Shown: positions 18,084 to 26,428 of the stretch, piece after piece
How positions within the stretch are numbered: the stretch's first letter is position 1
Layout of the letters: every line of letters begins with the position of its first letter
From: an uncultured Bacteroidota bacterium
GTDB taxonomy: Bacteria; Bacteroidota; Bacteroidia; Bacteroidales; WCHB1-69
Direction of reading: 5' to 3'
NCBI GenBank assembly: GCA_902774175.1
Contig: CACYHG010000003.1
Coordinates: 7,730-71,729, forward strand
Length of the DNA stretch: 64,000 nt
Notes under the pieces: generated by a model
Databases searched by the model: none
What the model was told of the DNA's origin: nothing
Seen by the model: the letters and a program-made list of their open reading frames with translations, nothing else
Position numbers and translations under genes: made by a program

Positions 18084-18881
18084 CTATAATGCGGCACCCG
18101 ATCCGAGCTGTGTCAGCAACACCACCGATGTGACAACCGACAGAACTGAAGAGAGAGCGGAGACCCAGGAGAGCCAATAGGAGACCTCCTGCTTATAATA
18201 TTGGCTCCGGATTGACTGTGTAACGACATAGTCGTTCTGCTGCAACTGGAAATAGGGATCGTTGAACACCTTGGAGGAGCGCAAGTCCAGCGTCCGGCAG
18301 GTCATCTTACCGTTTACCTGCCGGTAGACCTTCACCTTGTCGCGGCGCGTATAGGTCCCCAAGTCTCCGGATAGCGCCAACGCCTCAAACAGTGTGCAGC
18401 GGTCACCGTCCACATATATCACCTTGCCGCCGTCCGCACCGAGGAAATTGATCTTGAAATTGCTCAACTCCACAGTGACAAAAGGAGTTTTCAGATAGCC
18501 TCCTTCCACCAGCATCCTTGAGATGGTATCCTGAAGCTCAATGCGGGTCATCCCCTCCACATTTATCTTGCCCAAGACCGGAAAATAGATGTTCCCGTTC
18601 AAATCCACCAGATAGCCGTACCATCCTCTTGTGTTTGTATTACCTCCCTGTTGAGTGCGGTTCTGGTTGAACATCTTCACCAGATTCTCGTCATCGTCGG
18701 CGGAGGAGACAAAAATGCCAAGCCTGTCCGAGGGGGCGATCCGCGCCTCATAGTTGGTTTCCAATTCCACCGAAGAGGAATCATTCATGTCCTGCAGATA
18801 CAGGACCCTACGCGGTGTCATACAGGAGGTGCATACCATCACCGTCATAAGCACCAGTACAAATTCCAAACTTTTTTTCAT
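18084..18881 (-). CDS. wza: outer-membrane polysaccharide export lipoprotein (Wza/OPX family)
   Basis: ORF trimmed to MKKSLEFVLVLMTVMVCTSC (lipobox). Poly_export/SLBB-like body and a hydrophobic C-terminal helix (SALSSVLSVVTSVVLL). Confidence 0.88.
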   Translation of the reverse strand: MKKSLEFVLVLMTVMVCTSCMTPRRVLYLQDMNDSSSVELETNYEARIAPSDRLGIFVSSADDDENLVKMFNQNRTQQGGNTNTRGWYGYLVDLNGNIYFPVLGKINVEGMTRIELQDTISRMLVEGGYLKTPFVTVELSNFKINFLGADGGKVIYVDGDRCTLFEALALSGDLGTYTRRDKVKVYRQVNGKMTCRTLDLRSSKVFNDPYFQLQQNDYVVTQSIRSQYYKQEVSYWLSWVSALSSVLSVVTSVVLLTQLGSGAAL

Positions 18882-18948
18882 ATGTAACAGCATTTGAAAT
18901 GATTTATAACGTAACTTGATTTTGCTTATTGTGTTTGTCAGGATTATT

Positions 18949-20082
18949 TCAGATGCAGGCCAGCATCTTTTCGGCAATTATTGTTGAAGCGTTTCCGTCA
19001 CCGAAAACGGGTTTTAGGTTTAATTTTTTATTTTTAAATACATTATACGCACCAATTATCCTGTCGGAATCCGCATCGGCTATGATGCCGGCTCCCTGCT
19101 CCACAATTTCGACCCACTCCGTTTCAGGCCGCATGATGACGCACGGCCGTGCGAAAAAGAAGGCCTCCTTCTGCACTCCGCCCGAATCGGTCAGCACCAT
19201 ACACGCATTCTGCTCCAATGCTGTCATCTCCAGAAATGAAACAGGCGGAACAATCCTGACATTGGAATGCAGCAACATTTCATGGAGTTCTTTCTCCAAA
19301 TTGGTCTCCAACAATTTGGCGGTGCGCGGATGCAGCGGAAGCGCCACAGCGCAATCCTCCGAAATCTGCAGCAATGCCTTGAAAATGGAGGTCAGACGGT
19401 GCGGGTCGTCCGTATTGTTGTCGCGATGGATGGTGGCCAGCACATAGCGGTCCGGCTCCAGTGCATTATCTTTAAGAACAGTGGTTTTTTCAGCCGCAAT
19501 CCGGGCAAAATAGAGACTGTTGTCATACATTATATCCCCGCTGTTGTATACCTGACGCCCCCTGCCATTGGCAAATACCGCCTTGGAATCCATAAATCCT
19601 TCATGGCGAAGATTTTCCATAGCAGTTTCCGTCGGAGCGAACAGCAGGCTTGAAAGATGGTCGCACACTATGCGGTTCTGCTCCTCCGGCATGGTCATGT
19701 TGAAGGAACGCAGCCCCGCCTCAACATGAACGACAGGCACATGCAGCTTGCAGGCAGCCACCGCTCCCGCCAGGGTCGAATTGGTGTCGCCGTACACTAC
19801 CAACGCATCAAAATGTTCAGCCTGCAGCACCTTCTCAATGCCGGCTATCATTTTCGCAGTCTGCTCGCCGTGGCTTCCCGACCCCACATGCAGGTTATAG
19901 TCCGGCTGTGGAATGCCTAACTCGTCGAAGAAGACCTGCGACATGTTGCTGTCGTAGTGCTGGCCGGTATGCAGAATCTTTTCCATAATGCGGCCGGCGA
20001 AGCCGTTGCGGATGACCCGCGACAATGCCGCCGCCTTGATAATCTGCGGACGGGCGCCTATGATGGTAAGTATTTTAAGCAT
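18949..20082 (-). CDS. UDP-N-acetylglucosamine 2-epimerase family protein (paralog 1)
   Basis: GARPQIIKAA, GDTNSTLAGA, HVEAGLRSFN, TDSGGVQKEA. Confidence 0.9.
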   Translation of the reverse strand: MLKILTIIGARPQIIKAAALSRVIRNGFAGRIMEKILHTGQHYDSNMSQVFFDELGIPQPDYNLHVGSGSHGEQTAKMIAGIEKVLQAEHFDALVVYGDTNSTLAGAVAACKLHVPVVHVEAGLRSFNMTMPEEQNRIVCDHLSSLLFAPTETAMENLRHEGFMDSKAVFANGRGRQVYNSGDIMYDNSLYFARIAAEKTTVLKDNALEPDRYVLATIHRDNNTDDPHRLTSIFKALLQISEDCAVALPLHPRTAKLLETNLEKELHEMLLHSNVRIVPPVSFLEMTALEQNACMVLTDSGGVQKEAFFFARPCVIMRPETEWVEIVEQGAGIIADADSDRIIGAYNVFKNKKLNLKPVFGDGNASTIIAEKMLACI

Positions 20083-20113
20083 ACGAAAACAAAATTTACA
20101 CTCAGGATTGCGA

Positions 20114-20893
20114 TTATTTTTTTACAATGAGCATCTTTTTGACAATGTTCTTTATTTTCTGCGAAACCAATTCTTTACCCCATGGGAGCAGGTGGTCTGT
20201 CCAACGCTGCGGATGAGTCGTCATCATCAGCTGGTGTGGAAATGTCACTTCCTCTACAGCCCGCACCACGTCATCAGTGGAATGATAAACCAGTCCCTTT
20301 TCAATCCACCGGTCCTGATGTAGCGGTATCCTGTCGCGGACACTCACTTTGAATCCATCCCAACGCCGGCCGGTATCGGTAAGATAGAACAGCTTTGAAA
20401 AATCAGTGTCGAAATATGGTTCCCCGATGATTCCAAAATCGCGATAGTTGTAGGTTTTCCACAAATCCCTGCCATCGAACGGGCTGCGTGGCGAGCCATG
20501 CATGCAGACAGTCTTTACGGGATAGAACTTTCGGAAATAGTCCAACTGCTCCTTGAAATGGATTATGGCTTTTTCCGCATCGCCCTGGCAAATCGCCATA
20601 TCCTCATAATGATAGCCAATTTCATGACCCAATGAGGCGATTTCCCTGATGATTTCAGGCTTGTTGCTCTGCGGCACAACACGGAAATAATAGGATGCAT
20701 GCATTCCCAGCGAAGCCTCTATTTTTGCAGTTGCCAGGGAATTCTCCGCCTTCAGGTCCACATCATGGCGCAGGATGACAAAACGGTCGGATTCCACCCT
20801 CCCATCACAATAATCTTCAAATGTGATGAACTGATAGCCTGCCCTTTCAAAGCACAGAAGCAACTGGGTATATTTTTTTAATGTGAAATCCAT
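20114..20893 (-). CDS. polysaccharide deacetylase-family protein
   Basis: LRHDVD...YYFR...GYHY pattern of the NodB-like/divergent deacetylase family. 259 aa. Confidence 0.75.
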   Translation of the reverse strand: MDFTLKKYTQLLLCFERAGYQFITFEDYCDGRVESDRFVILRHDVDLKAENSLATAKIEASLGMHASYYFRVVPQSNKPEIIREIASLGHEIGYHYEDMAICQGDAEKAIIHFKEQLDYFRKFYPVKTVCMHGSPRSPFDGRDLWKTYNYRDFGIIGEPYFDTDFSKLFYLTDTGRRWDGFKVSVRDRIPLHQDRWIEKGLVYHSTDDVVRAVEEVTFPHQLMMTTHPQRWTDHLLPWGKELVSQKIKNIVKKMLIVKK

Positions 20894-20896
20894 AAT

Positions 20897-21015
20897 CTAT
20901 TGCACAATGTCACGCATCTTCTCACCTATCCTTGCCCTCCACCGCTCCGGCACCTGCGCCTCAACTGCGAACACATAGGTGAAATTATTACGGGTATTTT
21001 TTACAATCCTATAAA
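20897..21015 (-). pseudogene. orphaned 3' tail of an unidentified gene
   Basis: Hand translation gives ...NNFTYVFAVEAQVPERWRARIGEKMRDIVQ*, with the stop 3 nt before the deacetylase ATG (operon-like spacing). Visibly GC-richer than its neighbours. No start codon or N-terminal part upstream, only the repeat copies. Confidence 0.35.
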
Positions 21016-21044
21016 GGAAAAAATATTTTCGGTTATGGAAAAAT
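21016..21044. repeat. direct repeat family 1, degenerate copy A
   Basis: GGAAAAAATATTTTCGGTTATGGAAAAAT. Shares the core AT-A-Y-TTTCGGTTATGGA with copy B. Confidence 0.75.
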
Positions 21045-21056
21045 ATGCACCTTAAA

Positions 21057-21087
21057 GCAAAAAAATACTTTCGGTTATGGATAAGGG
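21057..21087. repeat. direct repeat family 1, copy B (8 nt downstream of the cassette gene stop)
   Basis: GCAAAAAAATACTTTCGGTTATGGATAAGGG. 27 of 31 aligned positions identical to copy C. Confidence 0.85.
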
Positions 21088-21095
21088 TGTGGCCT

Positions 21096-22613
21096 TCAAT
21101 CTTCCTTTTTTTGTTCTATAATTTTAAGCCCCTTTTGCGTCAAATAATAGGCCTGACCTTTACGTTTGGGATTATCCGGATACAGCATCGCCAAAAAACC
21201 ATCACGAAGAGCAGGATTCAAATAATTCTTTCTAAAATTATCTCCACCCTTCAATCCTATGCCTTTCATCATTTCAATGACATTTATCGTATGTTTCCCG
21301 ACTATTTCCAACAATTTTAAAACATGGACGTCTACGCATTCTACAGAATTTGTTTCTTTACCTGTTTCTTTACCTGTTTCTTTACCTGTTTCTTTACCTG
21401 TTTCTTTACCTGTTTTCCTCCAAAGCACCACCGAAAAGCCTTCATCCTGACGAAATTCCGGCTTACGCAACCCCATATCCACGCACCTATCAATCAAATC
21501 ATTGGTGCCTGTACCAACTTGTTCTATGTAACCGGCCAAATAAACAGGATTTGCCAACAATGGATTAACAGGCAACGAAGTATGTTCACCATTCAATTTC
21601 TTAATAGTCATCCCCTTCGGCAAACGACCAGGATTCCATACTTCCAACCGATCCTTGAAAAGCATCACCTGAACAGAACCGTTACTACGATAATCACGGT
21701 GAACCACAGCATTTACTATTGCTTCTGTCACTGCCTGAACAGGCAGCTCATGCTGAATATCCACTTGCGCCGACTCTGTCCTTTCCCCCACACGGGAATC
21801 AATACGCGACATGACAAAAGCCACCGCCTGATCCACCACTTCAAACACAGTTCCACCAAATATCTCCATTGTAACTAAAGGCTTCTGTATTTTCGTCCCA
21901 TAAAAGTGGACACACTTTACCGTTGACGAAACAAACCATAGTTGCGGGTCTTTAGCAAACAGTAGGAGCGCAGCATTGGAAACACGTTCATCCTCCGAAA
22001 TCAAATGCAAGCTGCTCAATATTTTATGGATATTATCATCACTATAGGCAAGCGGAAAATTTCTTTTCTCACGTGCCATACCTGTCCACCAACGGATCTT
22101 TTCACTATCCAAATCTCCAATGGAAGCCTCCTGATGCAATGTTGCATCAAAAGGGGCATAATGAAGATAACCCTTTAATATCAAATAATAAACCAAAGCA
22201 GCATAGACAGCACTTTTCATTTCCTCCACCGAACAGAACGTGTTACGGACCACATCCTGCTCCACCCTGCCTATAAAGGCATTTTCCTTCGGATGTCTTT
22301 GAGCAGCAGTTTTAATCAACACAATCCTATACTTGTGATTTTCTGTGGCTTTGTCATATTCCCGTTCTGTAGGAGAAACACCTTTAGCATCCTCATTGCC
22401 ATATTTTTCACCTAAAAGACCCAAATACACATCAGAATCTGCTACCTCAGACAAGTATGCCTGCTCAGCGGAAACATCCTTTGCCGGCAACTCCTCAAAC
22501 AGAAAAGGATCAAAGAATCTTCCAAGAACAGCATCCTGACGGATATACGCCACCAACTCGCGACGTTCTGTGGCAAATTCCTGTTGTACGCTGCTAATGA
22601 AAAGTTTAATCAT
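21096..22613 (-). CDS. DUF4062 (TIR-like) / HATPase_c_4 / C-terminal winged-helix protein (RecG-like putative DNA-binding family)
   Basis: N-terminus LFISSVQQEFATERRELV...DSDVYLGLLGEKYG...SPTEREYDKA matches the DUF4062 pattern. Middle NAALLLFAKDPQLWF and AIVNAVVHRDY...NPGRLP...VGTGTNDL match the HATPase_c_4 family. (KETG)5 linker, then a wHTH-like tail. Confidence 0.8.
   Translation of the reverse strand: MIKLFISSVQQEFATERRELVAYIRQDAVLGRFFDPFLFEELPAKDVSAEQAYLSEVADSDVYLGLLGEKYGNEDAKGVSPTEREYDKATENHKYRIVLIKTAAQRHPKENAFIGRVEQDVVRNTFCSVEEMKSAVYAALVYYLILKGYLHYAPFDATLHQEASIGDLDSEKIRWWTGMAREKRNFPLAYSDDNIHKILSSLHLISEDERVSNAALLLFAKDPQLWFVSSTVKCVHFYGTKIQKPLVTMEIFGGTVFEVVDQAVAFVMSRIDSRVGERTESAQVDIQHELPVQAVTEAIVNAVVHRDYRSNGSVQVMLFKDRLEVWNPGRLPKGMTIKKLNGEHTSLPVNPLLANPVYLAGYIEQVGTGTNDLIDRCVDMGLRKPEFRQDEGFSVVLWRKTGKETGKETGKETGKETGKETNSVECVDVHVLKLLEIVGKHTINVIEMMKGIGLKGGDNFRKNYLNPALRDGFLAMLYPDNPKRKGQAYYLTQKGLKIIEQKKED
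21351..21414. repeat. perfect 12-bp tandem repeat x5 (GTTTCTTTACCT) encoding (KETG)5
   Basis: Five identical head-to-tail units plus a 4-nt partial sixth, inside CDS 21096..22613. Confidence 0.95.
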
Positions 22614-22623
22614 AATTCTGTTA

Positions 22624-22653
22624 GCAAAAAGTACTTTCGGTTATAGACAAGGG
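22624..22653. repeat. direct repeat family 1, copy C (10 nt upstream of the cassette gene start)
   Basis: GCAAAAAGTACTTTCGGTTATAGACAAGGG, in the 47-nt gap between the acetyltransferase stop and the cassette gene ATG. Confidence 0.85.
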
Positions 22654-22660
22654 AAGCATA

Positions 22661-23182
22661 TTAGGCATTCCTATATCTGATAACCCTCGCAGGATTTCCA
22701 CCAACAATTGAATAATCCGGCACATCCTTCGTAACAACAGATCCTGCACCGATAATAGCCCCATGACCTATCCGCCTGCAACCCGGAAGAATAATGGAAC
22801 GGCTTCCTATCCAGACATCACCTCCTATATGCAACGGTGTTTTCCCCTTTGAACCTTGAAGCCCCATCGGAACATCAGTCCTATCAAATTTATGACCTCC
22901 ACCCAAAATCATAACATCCTCTCCCATCATCAAATAATCATCAATGGTCAAAATACAGTTATGCAGTGTGAAATTCTTGCCAAATCCTACACTATTTCCA
23001 ACCCGGATATTTTTCCCGTTTCCAAAATATGCACCTTTTTCCACGTTCAGTTTTTCACCGCATTCATCAAACATGTGCTTACAACACCAACGGCGGAAAC
23101 TACGCGAAACCTTTCCAAAAACAGGCATGGTTGACTTGGGAAAATGCTTGGCAAATCCATAATATAACAAAGAAAAAAACAT
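22661..23182 (-). CDS. hexapeptide-repeat O-acetyltransferase (LacA/WcaF-like)
   Basis: Left-handed beta-helix repeats ([34 protein letters not shown]). Confidence 0.85.
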   Translation of the reverse strand: MFFSLLYYGFAKHFPKSTMPVFGKVSRSFRRWCCKHMFDECGEKLNVEKGAYFGNGKNIRVGNSVGFGKNFTLHNCILTIDDYLMMGEDVMILGGGHKFDRTDVPMGLQGSKGKTPLHIGGDVWIGSRSIILPGCRRIGHGAIIGAGSVVTKDVPDYSIVGGNPARVIRYRNA

Positions 23183-23197
23183 AATGGCAAGCTATAC

Positions 23198-24286
23198 TTA
23201 AATAATTGATAACATATCAACAATCCTTTCTGCAGCATGTCCATCCCACAACGGTGGAACACCACCTTTTTTCCACTGTCCTGCAAACAGTTTGTCCAAA
23301 GCAGGCTTAATATTATCTGGATTTGTCCCTATCAGTTCATTAGTCCCAATTGTGCAAGTTTCAGGACGTTCCGTATTGTCGCGCAGAGTGATACACGGCA
23401 CGCCCATCACTGTTGTCTCCTCGGTGATGCCGCCACTGTCAGTAACCACCACTTTGGCTCTTTCAACCAAATAGTTAAACTCCAAGTAACCCATAGGTTC
23501 AACAATATGGAGGTTGTCGGCATGGATACCTAACTCATCAAAAATCTTTGCAGTGCGCGGATGGATGGGGAAAACAACCGGCAAACCATGTACATTTGTA
23601 ACTATTTCATTCATCAGGCGTTTCAATTTCCCCGCCTCATCAACATTGGCAGGACGGTGCATTGTCAAGACAATGTATTGCTGCGGCTGGAGCGCCAACA
23701 CATCACAGACCGCCGGTTTTACAAATCTTGGACGATTGGCCAGCAAGGTGTCTATCATCACATTGCCGACGAAAAAGAGGTTTTTCTCCTCCACTCCAAA
23801 ACGGCGCAGATTGGCGTTGGCCACCTCGGAGGTGGTAAAGAAATAATCCGCCAGACTATCAGTCACCATGCGGTTAATTTCCTCAGGCATAGTCAAATCC
23901 CAAGAACGTATGCCGGCTTCCACATGTGCAACCTTTGTGCATAGTTTCTTAGCTACAATGGAGCAGGCCATTGTGGAAGTCACATCACCCACCACCAGAA
24001 CAAGGTCAGTGGGATGTTCCATCAAGTCCTTTTCAAATGCCACCATGATGGCTGCCGTCTGCTCCGCCTGCGTGCCGCCGCCACAACCCAAATTGACACC
24101 CGGCTTGGGAATGTTGAGTTCTTCAAAAAAGGTCTCGCTCATCTGCCGGTCATAATGCTGACCAGTATGCACAAGACGATAATGGATGTTCTTCCCTTTT
24201 TTTTCTGCCTTTTGGATTGCATGAATCAAAGGGGCAATCTTCATGAAATTGGGGCGTGCGCCCGCTATAAGAGTTATATGGTGCAT
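23198..24286 (-). CDS. UDP-N-acetylglucosamine 2-epimerase, non-hydrolysing type (paralog 2)
   Basis: GARPNFMKIAP, GDVTSTMAC, HVEAGIRSWD, TDSGGITEET. Confidence 0.92.
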   Translation of the reverse strand: MHHITLIAGARPNFMKIAPLIHAIQKAEKKGKNIHYRLVHTGQHYDRQMSETFFEELNIPKPGVNLGCGGGTQAEQTAAIMVAFEKDLMEHPTDLVLVVGDVTSTMACSIVAKKLCTKVAHVEAGIRSWDLTMPEEINRMVTDSLADYFFTTSEVANANLRRFGVEEKNLFFVGNVMIDTLLANRPRFVKPAVCDVLALQPQQYIVLTMHRPANVDEAGKLKRLMNEIVTNVHGLPVVFPIHPRTAKIFDELGIHADNLHIVEPMGYLEFNYLVERAKVVVTDSGGITEETTVMGVPCITLRDNTERPETCTIGTNELIGTNPDNIKPALDKLFAGQWKKGGVPPLWDGHAAERIVDMLSII

Positions 24287-24288
24287 TT

Positions 24289-25392
24289 TTATTTGAATCT
24301 TAATTGATAATCAGGATTCTTCTTCATAATATCCCTACTTTCAGGATAATATTCAATAAACCAAGTCAAAAACTGTGCATAGTCGATTTTCTCGGAGAGC
24401 ATCTTCTGCCTGCGGCGCTGCCATTCGGCTTTGAGGTCGGGCAGCGAGAGGAGTTCTTCTACTGTCCTGTACATCTTGTCTGCCGAGCCTTCTTCGGAAG
24501 CTTTAATGCCAAATCCCAAATGATAGACATTCTCCAACTCGTTAAGATAGCCTATTCTGCCGACAAAATCGTTGAACCGAACAAAAGGCACTCCCAACAC
24601 TGCAGCCTCTGCCGCCATTGTCTGGCTGTCGCCGATATACAATGTCGAGAAAGCCATAACGTGATGAATGTCAAGAGTGTTGATTGGAATGCGATACTGC
24701 TCAAACTGTGGTTCAAGTTCACGCTCAGAAGTGATATAAATTCTGCCATGAGGCTTCAGGATGTCAATCAGGTGCTGGGCTATTTCGGTGTTTATACCTT
24801 TAATGCCCACATCATGATGTGCATTCAGGCTGGCAAAACGGAGGATAAAAAAAGGTGTATCTGTCGGGAAATATCGTTCGACGATAGTTTTGTCCGCACT
24901 AAAATGATTCGGGTGCAAATAGGCTAACTCATGATAGGAAGCATACTTTACCGATTTTGGCTCCAATCTCCAATTATCGCAAACAACAGGTGACAATAAG
25001 CTTTGCATAAACAATCCTCCAAGTTCTTGCACCAATGGCACTACTCGCATGTCATCTTCTCCAGTGTTCACCCTATATTTTCTTGTCAACCAACCCACTT
25101 GCGCAACCTCAACAGTAGAGCCCGTCAACAGGTCTATTTTGTTTTTCCTTACAAAACGCAACATACGCCAATCTCGCACAAACATATCCCAAAGGATACC
25201 TAATTTGTTCTTTCGATGAGCTTCTGTCAAGATGTTGTAATAAGGCAACCCTGACTGCTTTAACAAATCTTCAAGTATATCCTTGGTCTTTATCAGGATA
25301 AAGACCTTGTGACCATCAACCATCAGATTCTTGGCCACATTCTTATACAAATGATAATGAGCTGGATGGCTCAATTGGATTAATATATTCAT
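24289..25392 (-). CDS. DUF354-family protein (GT-B-like)
   Basis: N-terminus MNILIQLSHPAHYHLYKNVAKNL typical of DUF354. 367 aa. Confidence 0.75.
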   Translation of the reverse strand: MNILIQLSHPAHYHLYKNVAKNLMVDGHKVFILIKTKDILEDLLKQSGLPYYNILTEAHRKNKLGILWDMFVRDWRMLRFVRKNKIDLLTGSTVEVAQVGWLTRKYRVNTGEDDMRVVPLVQELGGLFMQSLLSPVVCDNWRLEPKSVKYASYHELAYLHPNHFSADKTIVERYFPTDTPFFILRFASLNAHHDVGIKGINTEIAQHLIDILKPHGRIYITSERELEPQFEQYRIPINTLDIHHVMAFSTLYIGDSQTMAAEAAVLGVPFVRFNDFVGRIGYLNELENVYHLGFGIKASEEGSADKMYRTVEELLSLPDLKAEWQRRRQKMLSEKIDYAQFLTWFIEYYPESRDIMKKNPDYQLRFK

Positions 25393-25793
25393 GGCAGTTT
25401 CACTAATGCTGTCCCCTCTATCAGAACCTGTTTGTCCTTATCCAAACACAATGTTTCAAGTAATACACGATGCTTTTCCGGAAAAAGTTCTTTTACAGAC
25501 ACCACCGCTGTCACTTCACATTCAGGAAATACTGGTTTGCGAAAACACATATTCTGGCTCAAGTAAATGGAACCGAATCCGGGGAACTTCGTCCCAATAA
25601 TTGCACTGAACATGGAACCCGTAAGAAAACCAGGCACAATCACGCCTCCAAACGGTGTGCTTTTGGCAAACTCCTCATCAGTGTGTATAGGATTGGTATC
25701 AAATGAAAGTTCCGCAAACCTCAGAACCTCCTCCTGCGTAAACACACGGTTCATCTCATACGATTGCCCGACTTTTAGATCTTCAAATTTCAT
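25389..25793 (-). CDS. MaoC-like (R)-hydratase/dehydratase hot-dog protein
   Basis: 134 aa. SFDTNPIHTDEEFAK...G.IVPG motif. Confidence 0.85.
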   Translation of the reverse strand: MKFEDLKVGQSYEMNRVFTQEEVLRFAELSFDTNPIHTDEEFAKSTPFGGVIVPGFLTGSMFSAIIGTKFPGFGSIYLSQNMCFRKPVFPECEVTAVVSVKELFPEKHRVLLETLCLDKDKQVLIEGTALVKLP

Positions 25794-26413
25794 ATTCCAT
25801 ATTTTTCCTTACGCTCTTTCAGTATTTTTTCAAACTCCTCAGAAGAATAATTGTCTTTTAATTTGTCGGACAAATCCTTTATATATTTGGCCGGGATGCC
25901 TCCACAAAAAGTCAAAGGCGGAACATCTTTGTTCACAAGACTATTGGAGGCCACAATGGCTCCTTCCCCTATCTCCACTCCAGGAAGAATGGTCACATTG
26001 ACCGCAACCCATGCGTTTTTGTGGACCGTCACAGGTGCGATATATGAAGGACTACAGTTCCTGTGATATTCCAAAGGCTTGTTATGTGTCAAAATAGTGA
26101 TGCTTCCGGCAAGTGAAACGCCATCCTCCACTGTGATGAAATAAGGATATGGCAAATCCATATTGACATATGTGCCCACATGTACATTTTTCCCAATGTT
26201 CACTCCACGCCATCGCTGCATTTTAATTCTGGCCTTGTTCCATGGAAAAGTTTGCGCCCAAACATTGAGCATGTGATCCTTCCATCTTACAAGCCCAAAC
26301 AGCAATGCGGACTTATAGCCATGTTCCTTGGCTGAAAGCCTCATGGTCTTCCATAGACCATTGGCTTCATAATTAGGAACCGGCTGTTTTTTTAGCTCAA
26401 GATATGCTTTCAT
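25790..26413 (-). CDS. hexapeptide-repeat acyltransferase
   Basis: LbH repeats (VTILPGVEIGEGAIVASNSLVNKDVP). ATGA-type overlap with the MaoC gene. Confidence 0.8.
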   Translation of the reverse strand: MKAYLELKKQPVPNYEANGLWKTMRLSAKEHGYKSALLFGLVRWKDHMLNVWAQTFPWNKARIKMQRWRGVNIGKNVHVGTYVNMDLPYPYFITVEDGVSLAGSITILTHNKPLEYHRNCSPSYIAPVTVHKNAWVAVNVTILPGVEIGEGAIVASNSLVNKDVPPLTFCGGIPAKYIKDLSDKLKDNYSSEEFEKILKERKEKYGI

Positions 26414-26428
26414 TAATATTACTTTTTT

